Positions 51,001-63,656 of a stretch of DNA of 64,000 nt are shown here, piece after piece. The stretch spans positions 4,216,001 through 4,280,000 of the forward strand of contig CDPCPM010000061.1 of the NCBI GenBank assembly GCA_976551045.1, given 5' to 3'. How positions within the stretch are numbered: the first letter of the stretch is position 1; each line of letters opens with the position of its first letter. A program made the position numbers and the translations under genes. This stretch comes from Glaucostegus cemiculus. Taxonomy: Eukaryota. The notes below the pieces were generated by a model. The model ran no database searches and was not told where the DNA came from. It saw only the letters and a program-made list of their open reading frames with translations.

Positions 51001-51408
51001 TGCTACTGTCCATTGCTGCTGGTCATTGCTGCTGTCCACTGCTGCTGTCCATTGCTGCTGTCCACTGCTGCTGTCCACTGCTGCTGTCCACTGCTGCTGT
51101 CCATTGCTGCTGTCCACTGCTGCTGTCCACTGCTGCTGTCCACTGCTGCTGGTCATTGCTGCTGTCCACTGCTGCTGTCCACTGCTGCTGTCCACTGCTG
51201 CTGTCCATTGCTGCTGTCCACTGCTGCTGTCCGCTGCTGCTGTCCGCTGCTACTGTCCATTGCTGCTGTCCATTGCTGCTGTCCATTGCTGCTGTCCATT
51301 GCTGCTGTCCATTGCTGCTGTCCATTGCTGCTGTCCACTGCTGCTGTCCACTGCTACTGTCCACTGCTGCTGTCCACTGCTGCTGTCCATTGCTACTGTC
51401 CACTGCTG
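51001..51408. repeat. 13-bp minisatellite, 31 units, consensus TGCTGCTGTCCA(C/T), in SPOCK2 intron 1
   Basis: 31 x 13 bp from 51001 to 51403. Explains the 13-aa periodic ORFs on both strands. Confidence 0.96.
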
Positions 51409-51976
51409 GGCGACGCTAATCGATTTGGTGATCAATTTTGCCAGGTGGCCGGTTGAGAGAAAATATATTTATTTCACTTGCTGCAGCAGTTAAATGTTTG
51501 TATGTAGAGGGGGTGAAGATCTGGTTCCCGGAGAGGGAGAGGGAGAGGGGAGGGGGGGGTTGTTGGGAACGATACACGGGGGGAGGGACTTCGGAAGGGA
51601 TGGGCAGTAACGGGACCCTGGCAGTCAGGTGCTCCACACGGTCTCCCCACAGCCTGCGTCAGCCCATCGCCCCCTACACAAAACAGGCCGTTTAAATCTG
51701 TCCATGGACCCGATCCGTGTGTCTCCCCCCCCCCCCGCCTCCCCATGCAAACGTACTTGGTCTGCAGGGCTGTAGCTTTTCTTGCAGAGAGGCTGACCGA
51801 CTGAAGCAGGAGCCCAGTGAGGTGATGAGCTTGGGCTGGACCTGGTGTTTGGTGGCGAGGTTGGTGTGTCCCTCGGGTGTTTGCAACCCTACAGCCTCTT
51901 GTGGGTCTTCAATGGTAAAAGAAGCTCAATCCTGATTTCAAATTCACTCACTGAGCTCAGGTCTTGGCGGTGTCAT

Positions 51977-52449
51977 CTCCGAGGTATCTCCACCCCTCCA
52001 GCCCTCGCCTCTTCCCTCCATCCGAGGTATCTCCACCCCTCCAGCCCTCGCCTCTTCCCTCCACCCCTCCTGTCCTGGCCTCTTCCCTCCACCCGAGGTA
52101 TCTCCACCCCTCCAGCCCTGGCCTCTTCCCTCCAGCCCTGGCCTCTTCCCTCCACCCCTCCTGCCCTGGCCTCTTCCCTCCACCTGAGGTATCTCCACCC
52201 CTCCAGCCCTGGCCTCTTCCCTCCACCCCTCCAGCCCTCGCCTCTTCCCTCCACCCGAGGTATCTCCACCCCTCCAGCCCTCGCCTCTTCCCTCCACCCG
52301 AGGTATCTCCACCCCTCCAGCCCTCGCCTCTTCCCTCCACCCGAGGTATCTCCACCCCTCCAGCCCTCACCTCTTCCCTCCATCCGAGGTATCTCCACCC
52401 CTCCAGCCCTGGCCTCTTCCCTCCACCCGAGGTATCTCCACCCCTCCAG
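51977..52449. repeat. C-rich minisatellite, 43-bp unit (GAGGTATCTCCACCCCTCCAGCCCTCGCCTCTTCCCTCCACCC) mixed with shorter ~30-bp variants
   Basis: gaggtatc recurs at 51981 and 52024 (period 43). Some units lack the cgaggtatct block. Confidence 0.93.
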
Positions 52450-55400
52450 TCCATTAAACTGTCATCATTGACAGTTGGGTTAATGGACCCTTAATTCACC
52501 AACACGTTCCCCCCCCCACCCCCCCCCCACCCACCAAACCCTTCCTAAAATCTCTCTGCTTCTTCTCTGAGATGCTGCATAAAACCTGCGCCTTTGGCCA
52601 AGATCTTGGTCATCAGTCAGTTGTGCAGGTGGGTGTCAGTCTCTTGTTTGATGAAGCTCCCGTGAAGTGCCACATAGAGGATTGTTCCGATGTAAAACTG
52701 AGCCACCCGTGGGTAATCCAGTCCTGGCCCAAGCCCGAAGACTTGTGATGATTTTGATGCCCTCCCAGAACCGACCCCAAAACACTCAGTGGGGTTCGGT
52801 CACTGAGCTCAGCAGGTGGGGCCGCACCCCGAGAGACAAGAGCATCTTCCTGCCTCTCCTGGTCGACTGTGGACAGTCAGACCCATCACACCCTACAGTA
52901 CCAGTGTAGTTATTCATAAAGACCCATTCTGATCTGAACCCATTTCATTTCCTTACAGTTATAGAAGGAGGCCATTTGACCCATCAGGTCTATGCCGGCT
53001 CTCAGTGCAATTCCATCAGTTCCATACCAATACTTATTTTCCCTGTAACCTGTTCTCTCTCTCATGCCCATCCACTTCCTATCCAATTCTCCCACTGTTC
53101 ACCCACTCTAGGGTAAGTTATAGCCAACAATGAACCTACCAATCCCTCGTCTTTGGGATGTGAGAGGAAACCTGAGGACCTGGAGACTTCATGCAGATAG
53201 CACTGGAGATCAGGACTAAAGCCAAGCCAGTGGCTTTTGGGTCTGACCCAAACCAAACCTGATTACAGAACCTTGGGACATTTGTTCTTTTTTAAGGGCA
53301 TTAGTAAACAAAACTGCTGAAAGTACACAGCAGGTCAGTCAACACCCGTAGAGTAAAACGTGTGGACTTTACATGGTGCATACTTGGGATGTCGGATCCT
53401 GCCCCATTATCTTTAGAAACGGTGACTGCTCTGCAGTGTACGGCCAGCTATTTTCTTTTACACAGATGGCATTTGATAGCCACCTGCCTCTGAAGGGGTA
53501 AGCATGGTAAAAAAAAATTCTTGCATTTATAGAGTGGTTTTCATGAGCTCAGCACATGCCAAAGAGCTTTGCAGTCATCGTTGTAATGTGCACAAAGTAA
53601 ATTCCCTCAAATATCAAAAAGATATGGACCTCTGAGTGATAAATATCACTTGTAACAATGAGAACCCTTCTCTTTTATACTGAAACCACAAATTTTAAGG
53701 GAAATTAGGGATTAGAAATTATAGATAATGGATGTGGAGCAAACTGAGGGAATGGTTGCTAATCTTAGGTCAGTTTGCCAACTTCAACATTGATTCACAT
53801 GGTGATTCGGAATGGAATTGAAATCCCTTTGGTAGGAAAGGGTCCATACAGGTTTTGCATGGATTGTTGAAGGGACCTATTTAAGTAGCTTCTTCTTGGT
53901 GTGAATTTTGCTTCCTGACTCTGACTTTCAATTGCCAAGATGGTCCCTGGAAAGATCCCCTGGCACCAGGGGTTGTGATGTCGGGAATACAGTGTTGCTG
54001 TTATCAGTTCTGCTAGCCTTCGTACTTGGCGATGTGATGGTCACGACTGGGTTTCAGCCACTGCTTTTCCATGAGGATGCACAGGAAAAATCTTCACAAA
54101 TCATGATTCCCTATCAGTCCAGATTGCTTATTCTGCCCTGATGCAGGGTCTCGACCCAGAACATCCCCCTCCCCACAGACGCTGTGCGACCCACTGGGTT
54201 CCTCCAGCAGATGGTTTTATGCTCCAGGTTCCAGCATCTGCGGTCTCTTGTGTCTCCAGTCCTGATCAGTGATGCTTAGTGCAAGTAGGTTGGGACAGTG
54301 CAAGCTTGCACTACTCATCCCTTTCCTCAGCACATGCAGGTTGCCTCGCTGCTCAAGCAAAGCAAAGTTACAGGGGCAGTAAGACTGCTGGTTCATCGGT
54401 TGAAGAAATAAGAAATCACCCGCCCAGTTGCCCACTGAGTGCAGAGATACTTCCTACTGTAATGTTAAAATTGCATCATTGCAACAAGACTTAAGCTAAG
54501 AAAAAATGATAGATTTTTAATTAAATACTCTGGATGGAATATTTTGCTAAAAGCCTCCTACACCAACACCCTTTGACCTGCATTCCAAGCCCTGTTTATG
54601 TATCAGTTAATTAAAATGGTTTAAGGTGTCTCATCGCTGGCTCATGCTAGTGGAACAGATACAGAAACCTTTATTGTAAGAATAACATGGTGCTGTTCAT
54701 GACCCCAGGAGCTCAGCACACTTTACAACTACTTGAGTGCTTTGGAAACATCGCCTGACGGGACAAGGTGCCTGTGAGGGGTGTGATGGACCTTGGACAA
54801 CGAGGATGAGTGGTCTTTCCTTACCCTCTCAGCTTCCCTCCTCAGGTCTGCTTCCTGCACAAGTGCCAAGCTTCTGCCTCCTAGCGCCCTCTCAGCAGAC
54901 AGGGAACTGTGACCCACATATCCTGTATGTAATTAGTTGCGTTTGAGAAACAATACTGGGTGAGAGTGGCTAGGCTGCAAGCACTTTACTTACAAATCTT
55001 TGTGACAAGAGTTATTCCCAGGGCTCCGTGATTATGACACAACCCTGGAAATTACTGAAGCTGATGTTAATAGAAGAACACTTAACTCATTTGTGTGACA
55101 TTCTCCCACCTGCTAGCTTAATGGGAATTACATTCTAAAATATTACAAAGTTCCACCACTGTGGTTCATTGGGTTACATTATTCCTTCTGGAGCAGGGGA
55201 TTGTGGATTCGGGCTCTTTTCCAGAGACTTGAGCGCGTGATCTGGCTTAACACGAGCTGCTGGAGGAACTGAGTGTGTCAGGCAGCATCTGTGGAGGGAA
55301 ATGGACAGTCGACGCTTCTGGTCCAGACGCAGGATCTCAATCTGAAATGTCAGCTGTCCATTTTCCTCCATAGATACTGCCTGACCTGCTGAGCTCCTCC

Positions 55401-58400
55401 AGCACCTCTGGTGTTGCGCCGGGTTCCAGCATCTGCAGTCTCCTGTGTCTACATGGACCTGGGTTGAGGAGCTGGTTACAGTACGGCTGCTGTGCTGCAC
55501 TGTCGAGATGTTCCCTTGCAGACAAAGTGTCAGCAGAAATCCTAGCTGTCCTCTCAGGTGGATGGATAGGTTTATATTTAAAACCAGTGTGGGGTAGTTC
55601 TCTCTGGTGCCCCGACCAATGGTTAACCTACAGCCAACATCGATAAGATAGGTTTCCTGGCCATTTTCAGGTCACTGTTTATGAAACTGGGTGCTCCGTT
55701 TTCCTCCTATATTTCAGAATACATGCAGGTTGGTTGTAAGTTGCCCCTAGTGTGTAGGTGAGGGGTAGAATCTGAGGGGAGTTGATGTGAATTTGGGAAA
55801 ATAAACTAGATGAGTGTAGGGTTAGTGTAACTGGGTGTTTGATGATCCGTATGGATTTGGTGGGCTGAAGGGCCTGTTTCCGTGCTCTGTGACAATGATT
55901 CTATGAATTTTGCAGTATTTAAATGAGTTGCAGTGTTCCCTTGATACTCTGGCTGTAAAATGCTCTTTGTGGGGCATTTTCTCCGACGCACTGCATTGTG
56001 GGGGCTGCAGTCCCCATGGGCAGCTCCTTAAAGCAATCCCTCGGCCTTCACTCCACTTCAACTAAGTCACCGCACTTTAACCCATCACCCCCTGAACTGC
56101 TTCTACACCACCTTTCTCCCGTGAATCCCATCCCTTTCCCTGATATCCCCACTTCCTAAACCTTTTCCTGATCCATGATCCTTGGGCACCAGAGAAAGTG
56201 CCTGGCAGATGAAGCGTGTGGCAGTGCTGCACTCTGAGAGGTCTGTCCGTGTTCTCAGACGGGAGGGGGAGTGGTGACGGAGGGATTCACCCGTGACTGC
56301 CAACACGGCCGATGCGGTGACGTCACATCTAACTCTTACCGCCCCACAGCAGTGAGTGGCTCAAAATAAAAATTGACAACATTTGTTGTTTCTTTTGCTC
56401 GAGCCTTGTCCCTCCCTCAATCCTAATGTTGGCCTCAGCTGCTAGATAACGGTCGTGGGTCACTTTGTCATCACTGATAAAATGGCTTAATCTGAGAGAA
56501 AAATACCTCATAGGATGGTATCTCCATGTAACATGGGTTTCAATGTGTGTTACAGAAAATTGAGATACGGATGTTCTTCTAGGAAGACAACCCCTCCATA
56601 ATACGGGGTCACCTGTATGTTGTCATTTCTTCATTAGCGCTCCCAATGTAATAGCACCTTGAGGCATCTTCTTCATATGGATTGCAAAGTTCAAGAAGAT
56701 GCCTTACCACCACTTCCTCAAGGGGTGTGAGGGGTGGGCAGTAAATGCCAAGCTTGCCAGCAGTGCCCATATCCCACGTATGAATAGAATAAACGGCTAC
56801 TTTACAATATATGTAAACGTCACTTCCAATGTCTTTGTGTCCATTTCAAGAACAGAGCAACTTGCATTGATACCTCAGCTTCTTTGTCTCCAGTGGTGAG
56901 CTGCATTCATTTGCAGTGATTGTAGTTCGATAGGTAGATAATCTCTCTATGCAGGATAAACCATTACAATTAGGTGAATGGCCACTTTTTTGCGTCTAGT
57001 TGGGAAAGGAATGCTGGCTGGTACACACTGCATACCCTCTGCTTTAGTTTACATGGTGCCACAGGATATTTAACATCAAACAGGAATTTACTTTAATATC
57101 TCATCTTGGAGGATATCTCCAAGGGATGCAGAGAATTCATTTCTTGCTGAGAACTGGCAGGAAGCAGGAGGGGCATACAGAACATTTTAAATGAATCGAA
57201 ATGTATTGCCTGAAATGTCGATGGAAACAAATTCGACAGAGTTTGCCAGAGGATATTGGGATAAATATTTAAACTTGTTGAGCTGTGTGGAAGGAGTGAG
57301 GTTGTGAGATTAACTGGGCAATTCTTGCAAGGGGTCGGCTGGCCCCAAGGAGCCTCCTTCTGCAAATTGGCTGCCAATCCTCAGGAACAAAAATAAATAT
57401 TTGCCTTTAAATAGCACCTTTTCAGGTTTGGGTCATGGTACCTAAATAGAAAGATACTCCAGCCTGTCCTCCTTTGATGCCCTTTCTGATTGTAGGTCAT
57501 TGGAATGGACTCACAAATACCCTGGTAGAGACCCACCCGACCACCGTCTTAATCTAAAGAGGGTGTGGCCACTTTGTTGCTTTCACTGTCCTTCTGTCGA
57601 TGAGCTACAAGCCCGGCAGAGTTGTGGATCTCAACCAGACACTGCACCGGTTCTGCATATCTAGGTAATCTCAGAGCCAATGCAGTTGCACATGAAAATC
57701 TCGCAGGGAATTCTACCTGGGAATTTATCCTCTTCTAATTTCCCTTCCCTGTTGGGTGTGAGTACACTATCCTTTGTCAGCTCCCTTGACTGTGCTTAAG
57801 CTTATGAGCTGGGCAGGTGGGAGTAATCACTAGTCTTTGATACGATCCTGTGTCCTATTATCTGAGTCCTCCATTACTTGTGGAGCTGTTCCTCCAAGGT
57901 CACACATGGTCGGTGATGCTGCACTAATGCAGCAATCCCTCGTACACCAATGTGAAGAAAACCTTTGGATTTCTTAAAATAACCCACTAAAGGCGCAGCA
58001 GTGATTTGTTTCCTGCTGGTACCAGGTCTGATGTTTTGGAAATGTGCTGCAGGCAAGCAGCTGTGACTGTTGTTTCCACCCCCATTGTCTTACCCATTTC
58101 CATAGCAACGGGCTGTACAGCCTCGCTGTAGACTTCATCTCTGCTGAAGCTGCAGTGTTTGAGTCCATGAACTTGAATGAATGAAAGGACCAGCACGCGA
58201 GGATGTTTTGGAGTTTGCATTGATTTGTATCCTGCAAATAAACACATATTTGTCTTGTTTTGATGGGGCAAAATGTGGCAGCCAATTTTCACGTGGCAAT
58301 ATTCCACCAACTGCAGGGAATACATGGATTTTTATAACAATTTTCACATGATTTCAGCACAATTGTAGCTGGTATACAACCGCTATCCCGCATTAAATCA

Positions 58401-58864
58401 CACATAGGTTCCTTCCACTCATCAGTAAAGCAAGTCGTCTTTGATCCCTAGTGACACCCTAAGGAGAAGAAGAAGACCCCAAAGAGATTTACAAACAGTT
58501 CTGAAGTGTGATAATATAGAAAACACTGCAACCAATTCACAGCAAGCTCCGATAAACAGGAATTCAATAAGGGCCAGACAATTTGCTTTTGTGATTTTAA
58601 ATGAGGGATAATTCCCCTGCGTTTCTTCAAACTAATGCCATTGAAATTTATACATCTACCTGAGAGAGTGGATGGACTGTTGGTTTAAAGTGACACACTC
58701 TGACAGTACCACACTTTCTCAGTTGCCACATCAGACTGTCAGCCTGGACTTTTGTACTCAGTTCTATGGAATGCCACTTGCTTCCACAGTCTGCTGATCC
58801 CATTCAGAGAGGGGCAGAGGACTGCCCTGAGAGGGTGAATTGACCAGAAAATAGATATCCATAA

Positions 58865-59100
58865 AGAGACCAGAGACTGCAGATACTGGAATCCAGAGCA
58901 AAAAAACAAACTGCTGGAGGAACTCAGTGGGTCGAGCAGCATCTGTGGAGGCAGAAGGTGTACATTGATGTTTCTGGTTGAGACCCTGCATCAGGTCAAC
59001 ATACACCCTTTGCCTCCACAGAAGCTGCCTCACCCACTGAGTTCCTCCAGCGTTCTGTTTTTTTTGTTCCAGGTCCCATTGTCTGCAGTCTCTTGTGTCT
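58865..59100. mobile_element. Palindromic non-autonomous element made of two inverted Penelope terminal repeats (others ~43170-43313, 44583-44733, 55255-55450, 61370-61547, 62470-62647)
   Basis: Left arm gagactgcagatactgga...ctgctggaggaactcagtggg..gcagcatctgtggaggca. Right arm tgcctccacagaagctgcc..cccactgagttcctccagc...tctgcagtctc. Confidence 0.8.
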
Positions 59101-61054
59101 TCAGTAAATGGTCACAAGTAGGCATAAAGCATGCCCCGGCAGTCTTGCAAAGTAAGGGTGAGGTATGAAAAATAAATATCTGTAGATGCTGGAAATCTGA
59201 TTAAAATCAGAAAATGCTGGGAACACCCAGCAGATGAGTGGTGGAATTTGGTGAGGGGGGAGTTGGTGGGAGTGTGGGGAGAAAAGAAACAGGTTAGCGT
59301 AGGATTAGAGTCATTGTGTGCTTGATGGTCATTGCGGACGGTGGGCCCGACTGTTCCATTGCTGTATCTCCTTGTAACTCGGAGGTCAGGTGGCATTTGT
59401 GGAAAGAGAGACAGTTCACACTTCAGGTACAGACTCTTCGTCAGATGGACCTGAAACATTATCTGTTCCTCTTTCGTCAAATGCTGCCTGACCTGCTGAG
59501 TGTCTCCAGCATTTTCTATTTTTATTATAGGTGAGGTATCTCAGGTTTCCTGGCCAATATTTATTCCTTCAATCAACAGTCAATCTGCACATTCTCACTT
59601 CAGCATTTGTGGGAACCTGCTTTTGCACAAATTAGCTTGCATAGTTCTACATTACAGCACCACCTCATTGGCTGTACAGGCCCTTCCTGGGCTATGATGC
59701 CAACTTAAGGACACCCCTACAAACCAACGGGCTCCCATAATGTTATAAAATTCAAAAGTCCGACATATGTACGTACATTCGTTACTATGAACGGCAGAAC
59801 TAGTTCTCTTCCCTCCCTCTCCCTCTCTTCCCCTCCCCCACACACTTATTGTTCTTTCTTATGTGCTTTTGATACCATTCATTACAACACTGTGAAGGTG
59901 TGGTTACCATATCGAGCGATTATTGTGTATTATCTGACTTATGGAGAAGATTGACTTCTGGACATCTGTTAAAATGGAGCCCACTTGTTACCCAGGGAAG
60001 ACCTGTAGGGAATTTGAAGAGTGCTGGAGAAAGGCCTCCGTGTTTAAGTGTTGCCGATCACTAAAACACGAGTAGCACTTAAAAAGCAAAATGGACTCAG
60101 AAACTTACCAATGCAGTAACAACATTGGACATTTTCAGGCACCCCTCCCACCAATAGAATTTTCCTTTCGTCAGAGGAACTTGAGGCAATCCTGTCTTGG
60201 TGGAACCATGAACTCATCAGAGTCCGTGTGTTGCTGCTGCAGAGGCAGTCGGTCTGTGTAGCAGATACCTCCCATTGATTCAGGCTGCTGTGACCTCAGT
60301 TCAGCGTGCAGCAGTAGCATTTCACACAATAGCTAATTGCTTTTCCTCAACCACATTAGTGTCTGCACCTAATTGTCTGTATTATTGCTGCAGGAGATTT
60401 AATTAAATTGTCTTTCACCTGCATAAATTTGCAATTTTCAATATCATTGAGCCAAATTGTTTTGAACAATGTACTATCCCACAGGCCAGGGGTATCTAAT
60501 CATTTGCTTTCAAGTGTCACATGGTGTATACCAAGGAGCCTGAGGGCCATATTTGGTTATTAAACCCATGCACCCATAATTCCCATGTATCTCAAATAAC
60601 TCCCACTAACAGACCTTGATGGTTCTCACGAAGCTTGGTAGGAAGAAAGCTTTGCATTTATAAAGTGCCTTCTGCAACCTCAGGACGTTGTAGAGTGCTT
60701 CTTGGACAACTCTGATGTGTAATCAATATTGTAATGTCGGAAATGTAGTCAATAATTTATGCACAGTAAGCTCCCACAGTAAGCAGTCAGGTAATCTGAG
60801 TGGTGTTGGCTGAGCTATCAATACTGTTCGGAATAATGCTGAGAAGAATCCCCGTACTCTTATAGAATTATTATGACATTGATGGAGACCATTTGGCCCA
60901 TTGAATCCGTACTAGTGTTTTGTAAAGCAATGCTGACAGTTCCATTTCCCTGTTCATTCCTGTTGGGATCTTTCACATTCATCAGTGAAGGCGGACAAAG
61001 CTTCGGTTAAGAGTCTCATTTGAAAGGCATCACCTCCAACAGTTCGACACTCCT

Positions 61055-61330
61055 TGGTGCTGGCTTCTGTGAAGGTTGTGAGTTCAAACCCCACTCTGGG
61101 GACTTGAGCATAAAAGTCAGGCATGCTTCAGTACTTTATTGAAGGAGTGATGCACAGATGGAGGGGTTGCTGTTTGGGTGAGATATTGTCTACTCACTTG
61201 AGTGGATGTAAAACAATCTTACAGTAATATTTCAAAAAAGAGCAGAGGATTTATCTGCAGTGTACTGGCTGATGCTATCTATTAATCAACACTACCAGTA
61301 AGATATTTGGTCATTATTACATTGTTATTT
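61055..61330 (+). mobile_element. Ancient Deu-domain SINE
   Basis: B-box gagttcaaaccccactc, then gacttgagca...gtggatgtaaaa...aagagcagagg...ggtcattattacattg. Confidence 0.6.
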
Positions 61331-63656
61331 GTGTTTAAACTGTTCTGCTGAGCTTCCTCTATTACAGTGGAGACACAAAAGACGGCAGATGCTGGAATCC
61401 TGAGCAACAAACAATCTGCTGGAGGAACTCAGCGGATCGAGCAGCATCTGTAGGAGGAAAGGAATTGTCAACATTTCACCTGGAAACCCTGCACCAGTCC
61501 TTATGCTGCTCGACCCGCTGAGTTCTTCCAGCAGGTTGTTTGTTGCTTCCTCCATTACAACACTGGCTGCACTTGGAAACAGCTCATCGGCTGCAGTACT
61601 GTTTGGAAAGTTGCTGCATTAAGTGTAAGTCTCTTTCCCAATAGTGGAGTGGAGTTTCCCCCTCAACCACTGGCAGAAATCGCTGGAGTGAGATTTGATT
61701 TCCAGCCTTCCAAATCAGAAGTGACGGATCCTGCCGTGAGCCCTTGCTGAGATCCAGATGCTGAGGGTCTGGGTAACCCACCAGTAAAGCCACAGTGGTT
61801 AAAAACCCACCAGACTGAGAACATTGAAACTGGCAGTGGATAGGAAAAAGGTGCAGCAAGCCAAACGGGAGATAGGGAGGGACTTCCAGAGACTGGATGT
61901 CTGGAAAAATGCCCACCAACAACAACGAGATCCTGGAAGACTTCATTTTTTTTTAGGAACGCATTAGAGACGTCCTTCTCCCTGAGCTGTGGGGGGGGGT
62001 CCTCAAGAAACCTGGGGTTTCAGGCAACAAAAAATGCCACCATCTCGGTGTTAATGGTTCTACTCCATGTTTAGCTTTTACCTTTGAAGGAAATGCTTTG
62101 CAACATGCATCTACGCCATGGAGAGGCATTTTTGCCAGATCAAAGGAAACTAAGTACCCAGTTCTTAATGTTTTCCTGGGATCCACATTTGCTGTACCCT
62201 AGGTGGAATTCCTTTGCCAGCACTCTAGAAATGTGTGGCATTTGGGCTCATCAAAATGTTCAAATTGCCTTCAATTTTCCGCCTGCCTTCCTTTCATCAA
62301 GAGGCTCCAAATCCTTGTGAGCGACAACTCCTCACCCCATGGGAGAAACTTAGCCAAATCCAGAATGCACGGAAAAGCTGGAATCTTCCTTCGGTTCAGA
62401 ATGTCACTGAACTTCAGTGCAGTTGACCAAACTAATTGGGAAAAGTACATCCTTTTAAAAACTTGCAATTGCTGGAAATCTGAAATGAAGCCAGAAGTTG
62501 CTGGAAACACTCAGCAGGTCAGGCAGCATCTGTGGAAAGAGAAGCAAAGTTAACACTTCGGGTCAAAGATGAAGGGTTTTTTGACCTTAACCAATACCTG
62601 TTTCTCTTTCCACAAATGCTGCCTGACCTGTTGATTGTTTCCAGCAATTGGAAATGACTACTTTAAGGAAGAATCAATTCTTTAAGATAAAGCAAGGCAC
62701 TAGGTGCTCATTCCCTTGAGAAATTAAATGAAATTACATGATTCTACCTCTTTGACAGTTTTAATTGGAAAGACCGGTGTTAAATACCATGGTGTCACAT
62801 TGCTCAATATCTCAAAGCACTCCACATCTAACTATTCGCTTTGAACTGCTGTGGATAATGTTATGGGCAGCCACAGTAGCCATTTTGGCCATAGCTGGGA
62901 CCTAGAAAAAATAAGCAGAGGAATGGTAAGTTAGTCTGCTTTTTGTGGATTTGATTGCACAAGGAAAGTTGACCCTCAAGAAGAAAGGAAAATTAAATCC
63001 CTGTTGGAGGTCAAATATGTTCAATGGCAATGAACAGACTGTTAAGAAACAAATGACATAACTATCACTCTTCCGTGGTTGGAGTGTGCTGTTTAACAAT
63101 TAATTTAATGGTCAGTTTATTTGAAATTTAAGAAGCATTTCCATTTTAATAATTTAAGATCTGCTTGACCTTGGATTTGCTCATGAGGAATGTTCTGCCT
63201 GATTGTACAGTTCCCAGCTCAAGGTGAAAGTAGTTTCAAGCAGAATGAGACGTGGCTTCTTCATCAAAGATTAATTTCAAAAGTCTATTTCTTGTGGCTC
63301 ACTGATGATGTAGAGAGGAGAGGCATCACACTGTGTAGTACCGAGCACATCAGACAAGAACACTCCAGCTACAATTGTTGAAGGAGATTCAATTTTAAAA
63401 TTGGACTAGGCTAGTCAAGTGTAAAATCAGGAAGGGTTCTTTTTCTCATTAAAGGATTCTATTGACCCAGAAAACCCATAGCTGCTCGGGGAGGCAAAAT
63501 ATAATTGTCCAGATTGCCATTGGGTGAGAGCATTGGAAGTAGGGATCAAAGGCAGGTCAATAGCATCAAGGTGAGTCATGATCTGTTTAAAATTAAATGG
63601 TGGTACATACGGTATATGAGGGGTTGAAAGGCCTATTCCTGATTGCTTGGATTAAT

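Noticed and set aside
50905-51493. Cys-rich or Gln/Ser-rich ORFs on both strands
   Set aside because: By-product of a stop-free 13-bp minisatellite downstream of a strong splice donor.
51845-52494. Pro-rich and Gly/Arg-rich ORFs up to 208 aa
   Set aside because: Translations of the 43-bp minisatellite.
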